A stretch of 64,000 bases of DNA from an uncultured Acidimicrobiales bacterium (GTDB taxonomy: Bacteria > Actinomycetota > Acidimicrobiia > Acidimicrobiales > DATKAS01). Below, piece after piece: positions 9,651 through 20,079 of the stretch. Within the stretch, counting starts at the first letter, position 1. Each line of letters starts with the position of its first letter. The stretch lies in contig CAVPSD010000006.1 in NCBI GenBank assembly GCA_963708175.1, positions 128,031 to 192,030 of the forward strand, given 5' to 3'. The position numbers and the translations under genes were made by a program. The notes below the pieces were generated by a model. That model was not told where the DNA came from and did not search any database. It saw nothing but the letters and a program-made list of their open reading frames with translations.

Positions 9651-10105
9651 GTCGGCGACTGCTTCTCGATGGCCTCCACGATGCGGTCGGTGGAGGCCCG
9701 CTGCTCGTACAGCTCACGCACCAGCCAGTAGCGCAAGTACCGCGAGAGCGAGTGACGAGCCCAGACGATGGCCCCCACGACCGCGATGCCGACCCCGAGG
9801 ATCGTGAGCGCGAGCGAGTCGCCCTGCTCGAGCGCGTCACCTGCATTCCGGACCCCCGTGAGACCGACGACGGCCACGACGAAACCACCGATCAGGGCGA
9901 GGATCCCGAGGATCAGGAGTATTCGCTCCGGCTCGGAGCGGCTGCCCTTCACCTTGAGCTTGCGGATCTCCTCCTCGAACTGCTCGAGGCGGGGACCGGC
10001 GAGCACGCCCGGCGACGCGGGCGACGCGGGCGACGCGGCGATGGCGCTGGACGTCTCGACGACGTCGGTCACGGCGTCTTCCTCCCCCGCGGTCGCGATG
10101 CGCAA
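9647..10105 (-). CDS. Hypothetical membrane protein (two predicted TM helices)
   Basis: 152 aa. Hydrophobic stretches ILLILGILALIGGFVVAVVGL and LALTILGVGIAVVGAIVWA. The stop overlaps the thiolase start (ATGA). Contains an in-frame 9-nt x3 repeat (10021-10047, SPASPASPG). Confidence 0.55.
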   Translation of the reverse strand: MRIATAGEEDAVTDVVETSSAIAASPASPASPGVLAGPRLEQFEEEIRKLKVKGSRSEPERILLILGILALIGGFVVAVVGLTGVRNAGDALEQGDSLALTILGVGIAVVGAIVWARHSLSRYLRYWLVRELYEQRASTDRIVEAIEKQSPT

Positions 10106-10203
10106 ACGGTAGCGATCCGACCTGGTCCGTCAAACTAGCGATCAGGCGTGCCGAGCGTCAACAGATGTGTAGGGTATTGGCGCTGTCGACCAAGGGGGAT
10201 CCG

Positions 10204-11220
10204 ATGGAGTTCTCGCTACTGAACGCGGTGCGCAACCACCCGCAGTCGGCCTACGCCGAGAAGGACGTGTACTCCGACTACATCAGCGACGCCGTGCTCG
10301 CGGAGGAGATGGGGTTCGTCCGCTCGTGGTACGGCGAGCACCACTTCCGCGAGTGCCAGTGGTCGGGATCGCCGATCCAGATCTGCACTGCGGTCGCAGC
10401 TCGAACCGAGCGGCTGCGAGTCGGCACCGCGGTCGCGCTGCTTCCGTTCCACGACCCGATCCGCATGGCCGAGGACGTCGCGACGTGCGACATCCTCTCG
10501 GGCGGCCGGTTCGAGTTCGGCATCGGCCCGGGCTCGCAGTACGAGGAGTTCCGTTCGTTCGGCATCGATCCGAAGACGATGAACGGCCGCACGTGGGAGT
10601 CGATCGACTGGATCCTGCGGGCCTTCCAGGAGAAGGACGAGTTCAGCCACAAGGGTCGCTACTACGACATCCCGAACATGACGTTCACGACCAAGCCGGT
10701 GCAGAACCCGGTGCCGGTGTGGTCGAGCGCAATGGGCCCGCAGAATCTGGCCAAGGCCGCCGAGCGCGGGTTCAACTTCATCGCTCCGATCTTGTTCGGG
10801 TGCGACGCCGCGCTCGAAGCCGCCGGACGCAACCCGCGCGACCACAAGATGGCGTCGATGCAGGTGATCCACGTGGCCGACTCGACCGACCGGGCCTGGG
10901 AAGACGCCGGCGCCGGCATCGAGTACTTCGTCAACTTCTACAACCTGCGCAAGAACCTCGATGGGTCCTCGCAGGGGAACGAGCCGATCACTCAAGAGAT
11001 GCTCCGGGCCGGCAACGCCGGGTTCTGGCACGCATCGGTCGGCACGCCCGACGACGTGATCGCCTCCCTCACACCGATCGTGCAGGGCGCGCTCGGACGC
11101 ATCACCGAGGTCGCGTGCGGGTTCCGGCACGCGGGGATGCGTACGGACGTCGTCCACCACTCGATGCGGCTGTTCCACGAGCACGTCATGCCCGCGCTGC
11201 AAGAGCTCGCAGCGCCCTGA
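10204..11220 (+). CDS. LLM-class flavin-dependent oxidoreductase
   Basis: MEFSLLNAV..., MGFVRSWYGEHHF, LRVGTAVALLPFHDPIRMAEDVATCDILSGGRFEFGIG. The ATG at 10204 is preceded by GGGGGA. The GTG at 10165 in the ORF track is less likely. Confidence 0.85.
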   Translation: MEFSLLNAVRNHPQSAYAEKDVYSDYISDAVLAEEMGFVRSWYGEHHFRECQWSGSPIQICTAVAARTERLRVGTAVALLPFHDPIRMAEDVATCDILSGGRFEFGIGPGSQYEEFRSFGIDPKTMNGRTWESIDWILRAFQEKDEFSHKGRYYDIPNMTFTTKPVQNPVPVWSSAMGPQNLAKAAERGFNFIAPILFGCDAALEAAGRNPRDHKMASMQVIHVADSTDRAWEDAGAGIEYFVNFYNLRKNLDGSSQGNEPITQEMLRAGNAGFWHASVGTPDDVIASLTPIVQGALGRITEVACGFRHAGMRTDVVHHSMRLFHEHVMPALQELAAP

Positions 11221-11223
11221 TCG

Positions 11224-11514
11224 TCAGAGGTCGATGGACCGAACCTTCGATACGAGATCGCCCGTCACCACATTGGGATTCGTCGCGAACGCCTCGGCGC
11301 GTTCGGGCGATGCCAGGTAGGCGGCTTCCGCCGCATCGAAGTCGCCGTCGTGCGCCACCGCCCACACGAACTGGTCGTGCTCGTCGTCGGCGTAAGCGAA
11401 CACGATGCGGAACCCGTGCTCCGCGCGGGGCCCGACGATCGAGCGCCACCACCCGATGAAGTCGTCCATCCGGCCCGACTCGATCGTGTAGCGCCGCAGC
11501 TGGATCGTCGTCAT
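11224..11514 (-). CDS. Small NIPSNAP/ABM-like alpha+beta barrel protein
   Basis: 96 aa, MTTIQLRRYTIESGRMDDFIGWWRSIVGPRAEHGF..., which resembles NIPSNAP-type proteins. The family assignment is tentative. Confidence 0.5.
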   Translation of the reverse strand: MTTIQLRRYTIESGRMDDFIGWWRSIVGPRAEHGFRIVFAYADDEHDQFVWAVAHDGDFDAAEAAYLASPERAEAFATNPNVVTGDLVSKVRSIDL

Positions 11515-11515
11515 C

Positions 11516-12301
11516 TCACGCGATCCCTGTGTAGGTGCCGCCCTCGAGGTGCAGGTTGGTGCCCGACATGTAGCCGGCGTGGTCGCTGCACACGAACGCG
11601 CACGTCTTGCCGAACTCCGTGGGCGTGCCGAACCTCTTCGCCGCGACAGACGACACCTGCCGCGCCCATGCCTCCTCGAACGAGACGCCTCGCTTCTCGG
11701 CTTCGTGCTGGACGACGTCGCGTTGGCGCTGCGACACGATGCCCCGGGGCTGCAGAAAGTTGATGGTGACCCCGTGCGCCGCAGCGTCGAACGACGCTGC
11801 TTTCATCAGCGCCGTCTGTGCCGCCCGCGCGCTCGCGCTCGCGACCTGCACCTCCTCGGGCGCGGTGACCATCGCCGACGTGATGCACACGATCCGACCC
11901 CAGCCCCGTTCCTTCATGCCTGGCAGCACGGCCATGAGCAGTGCGAGCGGGGTGCGGAAGTGCAGCGTCAGGGCCTCCTCGAAGTTCTCGGCGGTCTGGT
12001 CGGCGAGGATTCCCGGCTTCGGCCCGCGGTTGTTGAGAACGAGGATGTCGGGCTCGGGGCAGGCCGCGAGAAGCGCCGCTCGCCCCGCGTCGGTGGTGAT
12101 GTCGGCGGCGACCGCGACGACCTCGCGGTCGATGCCCGGCAGGTTGCGGAGCTCGGTGGCCGTCTTCTCGAGCTTCTCCTCGTCGCGGCCGTTGATTACG
12201 AGGTGGACGCCTTCTTCAGCGAGGGCTTCGGCGCACGCGCGACCGAGCCCCTGACTCGATGCACACACGATTCCCCGACGCCCAGCGATGCCGAGGTCCA
12301 T
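11516..12301 (-). CDS. SDR-family oxidoreductase
   Basis: MDLGIAGRRGIVCASSQGLGRACAEALAEEG (TGxxxGxG-like) and a later ...ITSAMV... segment. I prefer the ATG at 12301 to the GTG at 12319 given in the track. Confidence 0.8.
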   Translation of the reverse strand: MDLGIAGRRGIVCASSQGLGRACAEALAEEGVHLVINGRDEEKLEKTATELRNLPGIDREVVAVAADITTDAGRAALLAACPEPDILVLNNRGPKPGILADQTAENFEEALTLHFRTPLALLMAVLPGMKERGWGRIVCITSAMVTAPEEVQVASASARAAQTALMKAASFDAAAHGVTINFLQPRGIVSQRQRDVVQHEAEKRGVSFEEAWARQVSSVAAKRFGTPTEFGKTCAFVCSDHAGYMSGTNLHLEGGTYTGIA

Positions 12302-12389
12302 CAGTCGCACGGTAGACACTCCCAGTGTCGGCCGTCAACCAAAGGTGTTACCGTCGCCCCGGGGTCGACTACGAAACGGGGGATGACTG

Positions 12390-13617
12390 ATGGCACACGA
12401 TCACGACGGATGGCGCTCCCTCGGGTTCCGTGGCCTGCCACCGATGTCGGGCAAGGTGAACCACCCCGTCGCGGGTGAGTTCGCGCCCCTCATCGACCCG
12501 CGCGTCGAGGGGCAGCACGCGCCGTTCGTCGGCATCACGACCGACGGCGTGGTGCAGACCGGCCTTCGCTCGCTCGACGATGCGCCGAAGGTGTCGACTG
12601 CACCGATCGTCGACGCCGCGCTCGCGTTCGTCCAAGCACTTTCGCCGCAGCAGCGGACCCAGGCCTGCCTGTCGATGGACTCGCCCGAGTGGCGCACATG
12701 GACCAACGTGCACGTGGCGTTCTGGCGACACGGAGTGTTGCTCGACGAGCTGTCGTCAGCGCAGCGCGACCTCGCTCTCGGGATCGTGCGAGCAACGTTG
12801 TCGGCGCGCGGCTACGACTACGCCCTGGGGATCATGGAGCTCAACGAGCTGGTCGCGCAGCTCAAGGAAGACCACGACTCGTACGGCCAATGGCTGTACT
12901 TCGTGTCGATCTTCGGCAACCCGGGCGGCGACGAGCCGTGGGGCTGGCAGATCGACGGCCATCACCTCGTCATCAGCACGGTCGTGTTCGACGGTCGCAT
13001 CGTGACCACGCCGGCCTTCATGGGCTCCGAGCCGCGCTCGATCGGGGACCGGTCGTGGTTCGACCTCGAGGAGGAGGCCGGCCTGGTCTTGATGCGGTCG
13101 CTCGACGACGCGCAGCGCGCCAAAGCGCAGATCTACTCGTCGATCACGAAGGTCGACATGCCGGATCCGGACCTGCAGAACCCGTTCGACGGGAGGCAGG
13201 TGGGCGGCATGGGTCAGGACAACCGCGTCGTCCCCTACCAGGGTGTCCGGGCCAGTGACCTGTCGGACGCGCAGCGCCGGCTACTGCTCGAGGTCGCCCG
13301 CTGCTACGCCGCGTGGATCAGTCGACGCGCACGCCGCAGTGTCGATGGCCGAGATCGAGTCGCATCTCGACGACACGTGGTTCTCGTGGTACGGCGGCTA
13401 CGGCGAGAGCGATGCCTTCTACTACCGGGTGCACAGCCCGGTGAGGCTGATCGAGTTCGACCACCACGACGGCGTCGTGTTCGACAACATCGATCCGTCT
13501 CGCCACCACATCCACATGCTGGTACGCACGCCGAACGGGGGCGACTACGGGCGAGACCTGCTGAGGGAGCACCACGAGCGCTTCGCCCACGTCGGCGGGC
13601 GCCACGTGCCTCGCTGA
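12390..13617 (+). pseudogene. DUF3500 domain protein, frame broken once
   Basis: The N part comes from ORF 12390..14069 up to ...VARCYAAWI (about 13314-13326). The C part (VDAHAAVSMAEIESHLDDTWFSWYGGYGESDAFYYRVHSPVRLIEFDHHDG...GGDYGRDLLREHHERFAH) is in the frame of ORF 13243..13617. Confidence 0.65.
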
Positions 13618-13652
13618 AGATCACCCCGGGCCCGAACCGCACGGCCTGTCGC

Positions 13653-14432
13653 TCACGCGATCGGCGCCCCGACTTCCCACGTCACCGCGGTGTCGAACGG
13701 CCGCTCGGTGGGCGCCGGCACGAGGAACGCAAGGTGGCGCTCGACGCCGGGGCCGGGGTTCGAGTTGCGGTGCGGCACGCCAGCGGGGAGCACGACGAGG
13801 TGGCCGGGCTCTACATCATGGACCTGGTCGGCGACCTCGACGTGCAGGGTGCCCTCGAGCACCCAGTACAGCTGATCGAACGCGTGGATGTGCCAAGACG
13901 TCCCGGGGGACTCGGGCAAGACGCGTGCCGCGTTCACGATGATCCTCGAGCAGCCGCGCTCGGCCGAAGCCAGCCGAGCAAGCTCGAACCCGCGCACGTG
14001 GCTCGACTCGTAGGGCACTTCGTCGAGCGCGCGCACCCAGCCGGTGCCCGGCCCACGTTCGTCGTCTGACGCGGGAGTACTGCCCGGCTTGAACCGATTC
14101 GGCGCCGGCACGAGTAGGTCGAGGTGCAGCTCGGGAACCGCGCCGTCGTTGCGGTTCTTGTGGACCACACCGGCCGGGATGCACACAAGCGAATTCGGCC
14201 CCGCGACGTGCTCCACGCCGTCGAGAACGACGGTGAGCTCCCCTTCGATGATCCAGTAGAGCTGGTCGCTCTCGTGCACGTGCGGAAGCGGGCGCACCCA
14301 CGCCGGCGGCACGCCGACGGCGACCACCCAGGCGGTCTCGTTGTCGACGAGGTTGACCGCGTCGAAGTCGTCGACGCTCAGCGCAGAACGGTCGAGGGGG
14401 CGGACGTACTCCACTACGATGACGTTAGACAC
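13653..14432 (-). CDS. Bicupin (two cupin domains) protein
   Basis: 259 aa with two cupin-like units (PHVHESDQLYWIIEGELTV...IPAGVVHKNRN and WHIHAFDQLYWVLEGTLHV...LPAGVPHRNSN). Confidence 0.75.
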   Translation of the reverse strand: MSNVIVVEYVRPLDRSALSVDDFDAVNLVDNETAWVVAVGVPPAWVRPLPHVHESDQLYWIIEGELTVVLDGVEHVAGPNSLVCIPAGVVHKNRNDGAVPELHLDLLVPAPNRFKPGSTPASDDERGPGTGWVRALDEVPYESSHVRGFELARLASAERGCSRIIVNAARVLPESPGTSWHIHAFDQLYWVLEGTLHVEVADQVHDVEPGHLVVLPAGVPHRNSNPGPGVERHLAFLVPAPTERPFDTAVTWEVGAPIA

Positions 14433-14447
14433 TCTCTGTGTCGCACG

Positions 14448-17058
14448 TCAACGAAGTAGTAGGGCCCCCGACTGCAGCTCCTCGACCCGCCGCGCGGCCT
14501 CGCGACGGCTGCTCACTCCGAGCTTCGAGAGCACCGATGACACGTGATGGTCGACGGTCTTCGGTGAGATGTAGAGCCGTGCCGCGATCTCGTCGTTCGT
14601 GAGGTGCTCGGCGAGGCACGACGCCACCTCGAGCTCGCGAGCCGTCAGCCCACCAAGGTTCGCCTTGGTCGAGGCGCGAGTGGATCTCGGGAGGTTGCGC
14701 ACACCGAGATCGCGCAGCTTCTGCAGCACCATCAGCTGGCGCGGCCGCGCACCCAACGCGTCGAGGATCGTGAAGGCAGTCCGCAGATCATCCTCGTCGT
14801 CGCTGTCGCCCAGCGACGTCGGCTTCCTCGTACGGGCAACCGTGCTCTCGCCCAGAAGGCTGCGGCGCGCTCGACCTCGCCGTCCATCTGCCACAGGTAC
14901 GGGTCGGCCACCCAATCTCGAGGCCAACGAGTGCCATCCGAGCGGAACAGCCGCAGGGCCAGCTCGCCGCGCCACCACGTGTCACCGACGTCGCCCAGAC
15001 AATCGAGACCGGTCCTGGCCTCGGCCGCCGCTCGCGGCAGGTCACCCCAGAGCCAGACCGCCTCAGACAACGCCAAGCTCACGAACGCATAGATCCATGG
15101 GTCGTCCCACCGTCGCGCCCTCGCGACGATGTCATCGAACATCTCGCGAGCGGCGGGCTCTCCGCGTCGAGCCGCCACTTGCGCAAGCGCGAGCAACGGC
15201 CGGACGACGAACGGATCTGACGGATCGGTTTCGGCGGCAAGCGAGCGAGCACTCTCGATCGCTTCGTCGTAGCGGCCCGCATCGATGAGTGCCGCGCCAG
15301 CCAAGAACCGTACATAGCGGTGGTGCGACTCGAGCCCTCTGCTCGCCGTGAAGTCGAGGACGTCCTTCGCGAGCGTGAGCGCAGCGCGGGATGGTGGTCG
15401 TTGGTGTGGTAGGCCACCATGTAGCTCAGCGCACGGCCCGCTGGTTCGTCGAAGCCGGCCGCCCGTGCACGGCGCAGGCTCGCGGTGAGAGAGTCCCACC
15501 CGGTTTCGTCGCAGATGCAGAGCTGGATGCGTCCGAGTGTCGCGAGCAGATGGATGGTTGTCTCTTCGGTGCCGACCCTTTCGGCCATGTCGAGACCGAC
15601 CCGCGCCGCCGCGATGCACTCGTTGCGCTCCTCCCGCATCAGGTAGACCCACGCCAGCGTGGCGTGCGCCCACGCGAGCGCTGAGCTCTCCCCGTGTTGT
15701 TCGAGGAGCTCGACAGCGGTCCACGCGGCAGCGAGGGCGGCGTCCGGGTCGGACAGCGCTTCGAGCACCCGCACTCTGTGGCACAGCGACGCACCCAGCC
15801 CCGCCGTGTCCCCCGCGGCTCGCCACGACGACAGGGCGTCGGCGCTCACTTCCAGCGCATCGGCGAATCGGTTCACGACGAGCAGCTCCGCGGTGAACTC
15901 GTCGAGAAGTGCGGCACGCTCCGCCGGGGGGATGCCGCCGGCGACGCGCACGGCGCGCTCGTACTGCGCGACCGCCTCGCGGTGCGCGCCCAGCGTGGCT
16001 GCACGTCGAGCGGCGATCGGTGCGAACTGCAGCACCGCGCTCGGGTCGCCGGCCAGCTCGGCGTGGTGCGCGCAGACCGCCGGATCGATCCCGCCGGCGT
16101 CGAGCAGGCCACCGAGAATCGCGTGGTGCAGACGGGTGCGACGAGTCGGAGCGATGGCGCCGTCGACGACCTGGCGTGCGAGCTCGTGGCGGAAGGCAAC
16201 GGTCTGTCCGTCGTGCACGAGTAGGCCGGCATCGACACATGCGTCGATGCCGCGCTCGCTCTCTCCGAAGGCGTCGAGGAGCACGGACATGGGCGCGCCG
16301 TCGGACAGCAGCGCGGCGGCGTCGAGCACCTCCCGTGCGTCTTGATCAAGGCGACCGGCGCGCGCGAGCACGCTGTCGTGGACCGATGTGAGTGCGCCCG
16401 GCTCGGCCGTCAGCAGCTCGGTCACCACGAACGGGACACCCGCACTCAGGCGGTGGAGCTCTCGGGCGTCCCAATCGGTGGATGCCGCGAGCTGGGCCAC
16501 GGCCGACTCGCTGAGCGGCGCGAGTCGGAGGCGACGAAGCGCGGGAGCCGTGACCAGATCACCGAGCACCCCGCGCAGCGGGTGGTCGCGTGCGACCTCG
16601 TCGCGATGGGTGACGACGAGCAGGCAGCGGGTGAGATCGAGGCGCCGTCCGGCGAACGCAATGAAGTCGAGCGTGGCCGCGTCGGCCCACTGCAGATCGT
16701 CGATGACCGCGACGACCGTCGAGTCGGCATCGGTCCACGAGGCCACGAACTCGGCGAACAGGCGGTGACGATCGTCGGTGTCGGCAAGCTTGGCGAGATC
16801 GCCGCCTGCGGCACGGGCGATGTCGAGCACCGGCCCGAGGGCCCGAGGCGTCTCCAGCGGATCGCACTGGCCCCACAGGATCTGGGCTGATCCTTCCTGG
16901 CTCGCGCACAGCATCTTCGCAAGAGCCGTCTTGCCGACACCCGCCTCGCCCGAGATCACGACCAAGCGACCCTCACCCGCCGCTGCCGAAGCCAGGCAGT
17001 CGTCGAGTGCCGCGAGCTCGGACTGACGCTCGAGCAGACGCGCCGCTTGAGCAGTCAT
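14448..17058 (-). pseudogene. LAL-type (large ATP-binding LuxR family) regulator, paralog 1, frame broken three times
   Basis: N-terminal P-loop GEAGVGKTAL (ORF 15079..17058). The middle TPR-like part is in the frame of ORF 14732..16240. A short GCPYEEADV segment is in a third frame. The C-terminal LuxR HTH (LTARELEVASCLAEHLTNDEIAARLYISPKTVDHHVSSVLSKLGV) is in ORF 14448..14978. Breaks lie near 15385-15393, 14848-14858 and 14808-14816, placed by alignment to paralog 2. Confidence 0.75.
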
Positions 17059-19644
17059 CGCGCGGCCTCTGCGAGGCCGAGCTCGTCGAAGCGTCGCGCC
17101 GCCTCACGGCGCGTGCTCACGCCGAGCTTCGACAGCACCGACGACACATGGTGGTCGACCGTCTTCGGGGAGATGAACAGGCGCGCGGCGATCTCGTCGT
17201 TGGTGAGATGGGCCGCAAGGCACGACGCCACCTCGATCTCGCGATTCGTGAGGCCCATGGGGTTCGCCTTCGTCGATGCTCGTGTGAGGCGAGGCAGCGT
17301 GCGCGCACCTAGGTCCTTGAGCCGCTGCATCACCATCGCGAGGCGCGGACGAGCGTCAAGCTGATCGAGGATCGTGAACGCGCGACGAAGGTCCTCTTCG
17401 TCGTCGCTGTCCGCGAGGGCGTCGGCCTCGTAGTACGGGCAGCCCCGGTCACCCCAGGCATCGGCGGCAAGCCGGTGCTCAGCCGCCATGACTAGGAGAA
17501 ACGGATCGGCGATCCAATCGCTTGCCCACCGGACCCCTTCGGACCGCCACAAGGTGAGCGCCAGGTCACCTCGGCTCCAGGCCGCTCCCGGTTCCGGAAG
17601 GAGCTCGAGGCCGGCGCGGGCTTCGAGCGCGGCGAGCCTCAGATCACCCGAGAGCCACGCCGCCTCGGCGCGCGCCGCCCGCACGGGGCACACCATCTGC
17701 GGCTCGTCCGCACTCAACGCGAGCTCCAACGCCTCGTCGAGCAGATCCCAGACTCCGGGCTCTCCCCGCAGGCTCCGCACACGGCCGACCGCGGTGATGG
17801 CCACGAGCCGGTGGACGGAGCTCGTACCCAGATAGGCGAGCACCGATGTCGCGGTCTCGACGGCTTCGTCGAAGCTGCCGCCGTCGACCAGCGACTGAGC
17901 CACCATCCCCTCGATGCATTGAGTGTGCGTGCTCAGGTCGTGCGCGTACGCAAAGCCGAGCGCCTCCTCCGCGCGGCCGCAGCACATCGGGTTGACGAGA
18001 GGTCGCGTAGTGGTCGATCAGGTTGTTCCACGCGCGGCCCGCCGGCTCGTCGAGACCGGCCGCCTGCGCTCGCCGCAGGCTCTCCTCGAGCACGGGGTAT
18101 CCCGCCGGATCCCCGAGGCAGAGCTGCGCGGTGCCGTAGGTCGTGAGCAGGTGGACGTTCGTCTCCTCGTCGCCGAAGAGCTCCGCGACCTCGAGGCCCC
18201 GCCGCGCCACCTCGAAGCACTGGTCGTGCTCGCTGCGCAGCATGTGGCCCTGGGCGACGACCGCATAGGCGCGCGCGAGCTCGAGGCTGTCACCTTCGGG
18301 TTCGAGCACCGCGATCGCCTGACGACCAGCGGCGAGGGCGGACTCGCCTTGTCCGGCGAGGCGCAGCACCTCCATCCGGCGACGCAAGGAGCCGCCGAGA
18401 CCCTGCCGGTCCCCCGCCTCGCGCCAGCACGACAGTGCGTCCGTGCTGGCCTCGAGCGCGTCGGCCGGTCGGTCGATCACGAGCAGCTCTGACACGTAGG
18501 CGTCGAGCAGGCACGCCCGTTCGCTCGCCGGGAGCCCGCCGGCGAAGCGCAGCGCGCGCTCGTACTGCTCGGCCGCCTCCCGATGTGCGCCGAACGCTGC
18601 GGCGCGACGCGCCGCGAGGGGCGCGAACCGCAGCACGGCACCCGGATCGCCGGCGAGCTCGGCGTGATGCGCGCACACCGCCGCATCGGCGACGCCCATC
18701 TCGAGCATGCCGGCGAGGATCCGACGATGGAGGCGGGAGCGCCGTGTCGGCGTGAGCGTGCCGTCGACCACCTGGCGCGCGAGCTCATGGCGAAAGGACA
18801 CGCGCTTGGAGTCGTGCACCAGCAGCCCCGCGTCCACACACGCGTCGACCGCGCCCTCGGGCTCGTCGAGCGCAGCGGCGAGCATCGCGGTGTCGGCACC
18901 CTCCGGAAGCAGCGCGACAGTGTCGAGGAGCTCGCGCGCTCCCGGGTTCAGCTGGGCCGCTCTCGCGACGACGGTGTCATGCACGGATGTCAGATCACCC
19001 GGCTCGGCTGCGAGGAGCTCGGCCACGACGAACGGCACGCCGCCACTCAGCCGATGCACCTCCACCGGGTCCCAGCTCGTCGCCGCCGCGAGGGTCGCGA
19101 CGGCGCTTCGGCTGAGCGGGTCGAGACGGAACCGGCGCAACGCGCTCACCGTCGCGAGATCGCCGAGCGCCGCTCGCAACGGATGGTCGCGGCGCAAGTC
19201 GTCACGATGCGTCGCGATCAAGACGCACCGCGTCTGCTCGATGCGCCGCCCCGCGAACGCGAGGAAGTCGAGCGTCGCCGCGTCGGCCCACTGCATGTCT
19301 TCGAGCACCGCGAGCGTCACCGCGGTGCCGTCCGCGCAGGCCGCGAGGAACTCGGTGAAGAGGCGATGGCGATCATCGCTGTCAGCGAGCTTCGCGAGGT
19401 CCCCTCCCGCGGCACGCGCGATGTCGAGTACCGGGCCGAGCGCGCGAGGGGTCTGGAGCGGATCGCACTGGCCCCACAGCACCCTGGCTGTCGGCCGCTG
19501 CCGTGCGCAGAGCTCCTTCGTGAGGGCGGTCTTGCCGACACCGGCTTCGCCCGAGATCACGACGAGGCGACCCTCACCTCCGCTTGCCGACACGACGCAC
19601 TCGTCGAGGGCCGCGCGCTCAGCCTCCCGCTCGAGGAGCCGCAT
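17055..19644 (-). pseudogene. LAL-type LuxR family regulator, paralog 2, frame broken once
   Basis: Starts MRLLEREAERAALDEC...GEAGVGKTAL (ATG 19644, by alignment to paralog 1). The break is near 17985-18000. The C-terminal part, including the HTH (LTNREIEVASCLAAHLTNDEIAARLFISPKTVDHHVSSVLSKLGV), is in ORF 17055..17987. The stop overlaps the paralog 1 start (ATGA). Confidence 0.75.
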
Positions 19645-19753
19645 GGACGAAGCGTAGGCGGGGCTGGCCGAAGCCAACCCCGCCTGTTTGCTGCTCAACG
19701 TCCGCACAGGCGAGGGGAGTCGCCGGATTCGTTGAGCAACGAGGTCTCGGGAC

Positions 19754-19978
19754 TCAGCACGGGTGACCGACGCCACACGCGATGTCGGCCGACGAGTGCG
19801 ACACGTGGCTCTGGCTCACCGGTGCGACGCTGCGAGTCGGCGACGACGAAGCGCCGCTGTCGTTGTTCGTCAGGATCAACAGCGACACGAGCACTGCCAC
19901 TGCGATCACCAGGGCGGCGAGCAATGCGCGGGCCCCGTTCCAGGTCCTGCGCTGGATGGTCATGACTGCTGCACTCAT
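19754..19978 (-). CDS. Small membrane-anchored hypothetical protein (74 aa)
   Basis: MSAAVMTIQRRTWNGARALLAALVIAVAVLVSLLILTNND... The ATG at 19978 is preceded by GAGGAGGGA. It has one TM helix. Confidence 0.5.
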   Translation of the reverse strand: MSAAVMTIQRRTWNGARALLAALVIAVAVLVSLLILTNNDSGASSSPTRSVAPVSQSHVSHSSADIACGVGHPC

Positions 19979-20079
19979 TGGTGTCCCTCCTCGATGGCAC
20001 CGGACCACACCGGCGACATTGACGAGAGTGCGCCTTCCCGCTCCCGGCGCCATCGGGAGCGATTCCCCATTTGTCGAAG

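Noticed and set aside
19650-19685. 8-bp GC hairpin (aggcgggg...ccccgcct), and the 8-bp hairpin at 20039-20061, as terminators
   Set aside because: The stems are short, there are no U tracts, and such hairpins are common by chance in GC-rich DNA. They are not strong enough to annotate.
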